A DNA stretch of 64,000 bases from Patescibacteria group bacterium (GTDB taxonomy: Bacteria; Patescibacteriota; Microgenomatia; UBA8517): positions 1,957-65,956 of the forward strand of contig AP024680.1 of assembly GCA_025999275.1 (NCBI GenBank), given 5' to 3'. The position numbers were made by a program, and so were the translations under genes. The notes under the pieces are model-generated. The model saw nothing but the letters and a program-made list of their open reading frames with translations. It ran no database searches and was not told the origin of the DNA. Each line of letters begins with the position of its first letter. Position 1 is the stretch's first letter. This document shows, in pieces, positions 61,190-64,000 of the stretch.

Positions 61190-61233
61190 ATCTATTCATT
61201 CTAACAGAAATAATAAAAGAAGGTAAAATCAAA

Positions 61234-61755
61234 TTAAATCTTCCAGAAATCCTCTTTTTTGCCAGCTTTAAAATTCAACCATCTAGCTAAAATAAACAGG
61301 TAATCAGAAAGACGATTTAGGTAAATTAAAATATCATCTAAATTAGTTCCTAATCTTGTTTTTAAGACAACTACTCTTCTTTCTGCTCTCCTTGCAACTG
61401 ACCTTGCAAAGAAAAGCATCGATGCTTCAAAGATTCCACCAGGGAAGATAAAATTAGTCTGAACAGGCAACTTTGATTCAAATTTATCTATTTCAGCTTC
61501 CATCTCTTTTACCATCTTGCTTGGAAAATTAGTCTTGTAACCAGCTAGTATTGAACCTATTACAAAAATATTACTTTGAATCTTCCTAAGAGGAATGATA
61601 AGCTTTTTTTTGTTTGTTTTGGAAATTATTACACCCAAAAGAGAGTTAAGCTCATCTAGATCGCCTATAGCCCAAAATAAATCGTCCGATTTAGAAATTC
61701 TCTTATTTCCTATTATAGAAGTCTTGCCTCTATCACCCTTCTTAGTATAAATCAT
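61234..61755 (-). CDS. PduO-type ATP:cob(I)alamin adenosyltransferase
   Basis: N-terminal IYTKKGDRGKTSI signature. 173 aa. Confidence 0.8.
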   Translation of the reverse strand: MIYTKKGDRGKTSIIGNKRISKSDDLFWAIGDLDELNSLLGVIISKTNKKKLIIPLRKIQSNIFVIGSILAGYKTNFPSKMVKEMEAEIDKFESKLPVQTNFIFPGGIFEASMLFFARSVARRAERRVVVLKTRLGTNLDDILIYLNRLSDYLFILARWLNFKAGKKEDFWKI

Positions 61756-61773
61756 GATGAAGAAAACTAAACT

Positions 61774-63951
61774 CTAGCATTCAGAATATCCACAAACATA
61801 ACATTTAGAACAACCTTCCTCATAAACAAAAGAACTTGAACCACAAGATGGGCAGATATCAGCTATGGCATTCTTTTCTGATAAAAAAAATTGGTCAGAT
61901 TGAAAAGCTGTTTCATCCAATTCCAGACTGTTCAAAGCCCCAACAACCTCAGCTTTACCATTGGAATGATGATTAGATTCCAACCCATTTTCTAATTTTT
62001 TTTCGCCAGCAATATGATTCGCATAACCATTAACTCTGAAACCAAAATGAATTGATAAAGCTGCCGCCACTGCATCAGGAAGAGAGCGAATCTTAGAAGG
62101 ACCAAAACCAACAGACCTTCTGCCTCCAATTCCCGAAAGCTGTCTTGCAATCTCTTCTGCCCTATCCTTTGGAGAAAGACTTCCCCTTGACCTTAAAGCT
62201 GTAGAAATCACTCTGCCTAGTGCTTCTGCCACTGCCGTAATATCACTTCCTGCCTTGCCAACATTGATGAAAAGCTCAAGAGGCTGCCCAGTATCATCTT
62301 CATTTATAGTAATAAAAGCTGTCCCCACAGGAGTCGCCAATTTATAAGTAGCTCCTCTTGCTACAAAAGGACGCTCAACAATTGTGCCACCCTCTTCTAT
62401 TTTTTCGCTTTGGCTTTCATCTTTTTTGTTTAAGCCAACGTTCAAAACCTGCGCATCTTTACTGCCATCTCTAAAAACAGTAATACCTCTACAGTTCTGC
62501 TCCCAGGCTAGAATATAGGCATTTTTTACATCCTCTACCGTGGCGCTGTGTTCAAGATTAATTGTCTTTGAAACCGCATTTTCTGTGAACTCCTGAAAAG
62601 CAGATTGCATTCTAATGTGCCAGGCAGGATCTATTTCATGAGCAGTTCCAAAAATCGCTCTTATATCTTGCGGTATCTCTTCCATATCTCTTATCACACC
62701 TTTCTCAACCACCTTGTCAACCAATTCTTGGCTCCAAATCTCTCTCTCTTTAAGAATCTTTTCAAAAAATGGATTTACAAAAGACAGCTGCCTATTTAGA
62801 TGCTTGTCTTTAACTATGTGCTGATATGCTATGGCAAAAAGAGGTTCGACCCCAGATGAGGCGCCAGCAATAATAGAAATTGTTCCCGTTGGAGCAATTG
62901 TTGTTACAGTTGAATTGCGACGAGGCTTGTCGTTTTTATAAATACTAATTGGCCAAAGAGGAAAAGGCCCTCTTACTTCTGCTAGTTCCTGAGAGGCATC
63001 AACAGCTTTCTCCTCTATAAAACTCATAACCTTCCTTGCCAGACTAACCGCTTCCTCACTATCATAAGGAATACCCAAAGCAATTAGCATATCAGCCCAA
63101 CCACCAACCCCCAAACCAATGCGTCGAGTGTTAAAAACCATTTTTCTTATCTGTTCCAAAGGATAAGGATTAACCTCAATCACATCATCCAAAAAACGAA
63201 CCGCTGTTTTAACCACTTTCTCAAGATCGTCCCAATCAATCTTCCCATCTTTGACAAAATAACCCAAGAAAATGCTACCCAAGTTGCAGGCATCAAATGG
63301 ATAAAGCGGTTGTTCGCCACAGGGATTGGTTGATTCAATTGGGCCAAGAGCAGGAACTGGATTAGCCTTACTTTCATTAATCTTATCAATAAATATAAGA
63401 CCAGGATCACCTGTCCTCCAAGCGGCCTCTGCAATTTCATCAAAAACCTCTCTTGCATTAAGACTACCTGCCTTGGCACCTGTCTTTGGATCTATCAAAT
63501 CATAATCCTCTCCTTTTCTCCATGCTTCCATAAATTCATTCGTAATAGCAACAGAAATGTTGAAATTGGTAATACCACCGTCTTCTTTACAATGAATAAA
63601 TTCTTTAATATCAGGATGATCAACACGCAGTATTCCCATATTGGCACCCCTTCTTTTACCACCCTGCTTTACTTCATTGGTTGCAGCATCAAAAATACGC
63701 ATAAAAGAAACAGGACCAGAAGCAATACCCTTTGAAGTTCTCACTATCGCCCCTTTTGGTCTTAAACGACTAAAGGAAAAGCCCGTACCACCACCTGTTT
63801 TATGAATCAAAGCTTGATATTTCAAAGCGTCAAATATTCCCTCCATTGAGTCTTCCACTGGCAAAACAAAACAAGCTGAATACTGAAGCATATTACCTGT
63901 TCCTGCATTCATTAAAGTGGGAGAATTGGGTAGAAACTTTCTTGAAGACAT
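61774..63951 (-). CDS. nrdJ: class II (adenosylcobalamin-dependent) ribonucleotide reductase
   Basis: Active-site region NPCGEQPLYPFDACNLGS. C-terminal Cys cluster CPSCGS...CSKCYVCG. 725 aa. Confidence 0.85.
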   Translation of the reverse strand: MSSRKFLPNSPTLMNAGTGNMLQYSACFVLPVEDSMEGIFDALKYQALIHKTGGGTGFSFSRLRPKGAIVRTSKGIASGPVSFMRIFDAATNEVKQGGKRRGANMGILRVDHPDIKEFIHCKEDGGITNFNISVAITNEFMEAWRKGEDYDLIDPKTGAKAGSLNAREVFDEIAEAAWRTGDPGLIFIDKINESKANPVPALGPIESTNPCGEQPLYPFDACNLGSIFLGYFVKDGKIDWDDLEKVVKTAVRFLDDVIEVNPYPLEQIRKMVFNTRRIGLGVGGWADMLIALGIPYDSEEAVSLARKVMSFIEEKAVDASQELAEVRGPFPLWPISIYKNDKPRRNSTVTTIAPTGTISIIAGASSGVEPLFAIAYQHIVKDKHLNRQLSFVNPFFEKILKEREIWSQELVDKVVEKGVIRDMEEIPQDIRAIFGTAHEIDPAWHIRMQSAFQEFTENAVSKTINLEHSATVEDVKNAYILAWEQNCRGITVFRDGSKDAQVLNVGLNKKDESQSEKIEEGGTIVERPFVARGATYKLATPVGTAFITINEDDTGQPLELFINVGKAGSDITAVAEALGRVISTALRSRGSLSPKDRAEEIARQLSGIGGRRSVGFGPSKIRSLPDAVAAALSIHFGFRVNGYANHIAGEKKLENGLESNHHSNGKAEVVGALNSLELDETAFQSDQFFLSEKNAIADICPSCGSSSFVYEEGCSKCYVCGYSEC

Positions 63952-64000
63952 CAGTAAATAAAATTCCTCCGCCTGTTTTTTGACTAATTTTCTATCCTTG

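Overview
This is a 64-kb window of AT-rich (~35% GC), gene-dense bacterial DNA, mostly minus-strand coding. Gene content and style (many small proteins, thioredoxin and copper clusters, sortase, RRM protein, repeat-laden tRNA/rRNA flanks) fit a reduced-genome, Patescibacteria/CPR-like organism; this is inference only. The rRNA operon is split. 5S, 23S and tRNA-Ala lie on the minus strand at 10.0-13.4 kb. The 16S lies on the minus strand at 22.5-24.5 kb and carries a ~490-bp intervening sequence in helix 6 that encodes a four-helix-bundle (PF05635-like) protein. Between the two rRNA blocks sit an inverted tRNA-Ile(GAT), a large serine recombinase, a 4-gene cargo and a HIT pseudogene, all bounded by three att-like sites that share a CACCA core (14134, 15936, 19404). 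The middle site is a hybrid of the two outer ones, and the three sites form two pairs of perfect or near-perfect inverted repeats (87 bp and 47 bp). I rate this the most system-like and unusual feature of the window. Other notable content: a family of ~300-450 bp intergenic repeats flanking the tRNA and rRNA genes; two paralogous T4SS coupling-protein/VirB4-like ATPases with small partner ORFs; a sortase with a 79-aa minimal substrate; a tRNA with a UAU anticodon; a copper-homeostasis cluster (copA, csoR, copZ, permease-cupredoxin fusion); a thioredoxin system; and housekeeping genes (radA, rpsA, ftsH, trpS, recF, fpg, pth, pcm, ppa, ATP-dependent ligase, class II RNR with PduO-type adenosyltransferase). 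Every identification here comes from reading motifs in the sequence; no searches were run.
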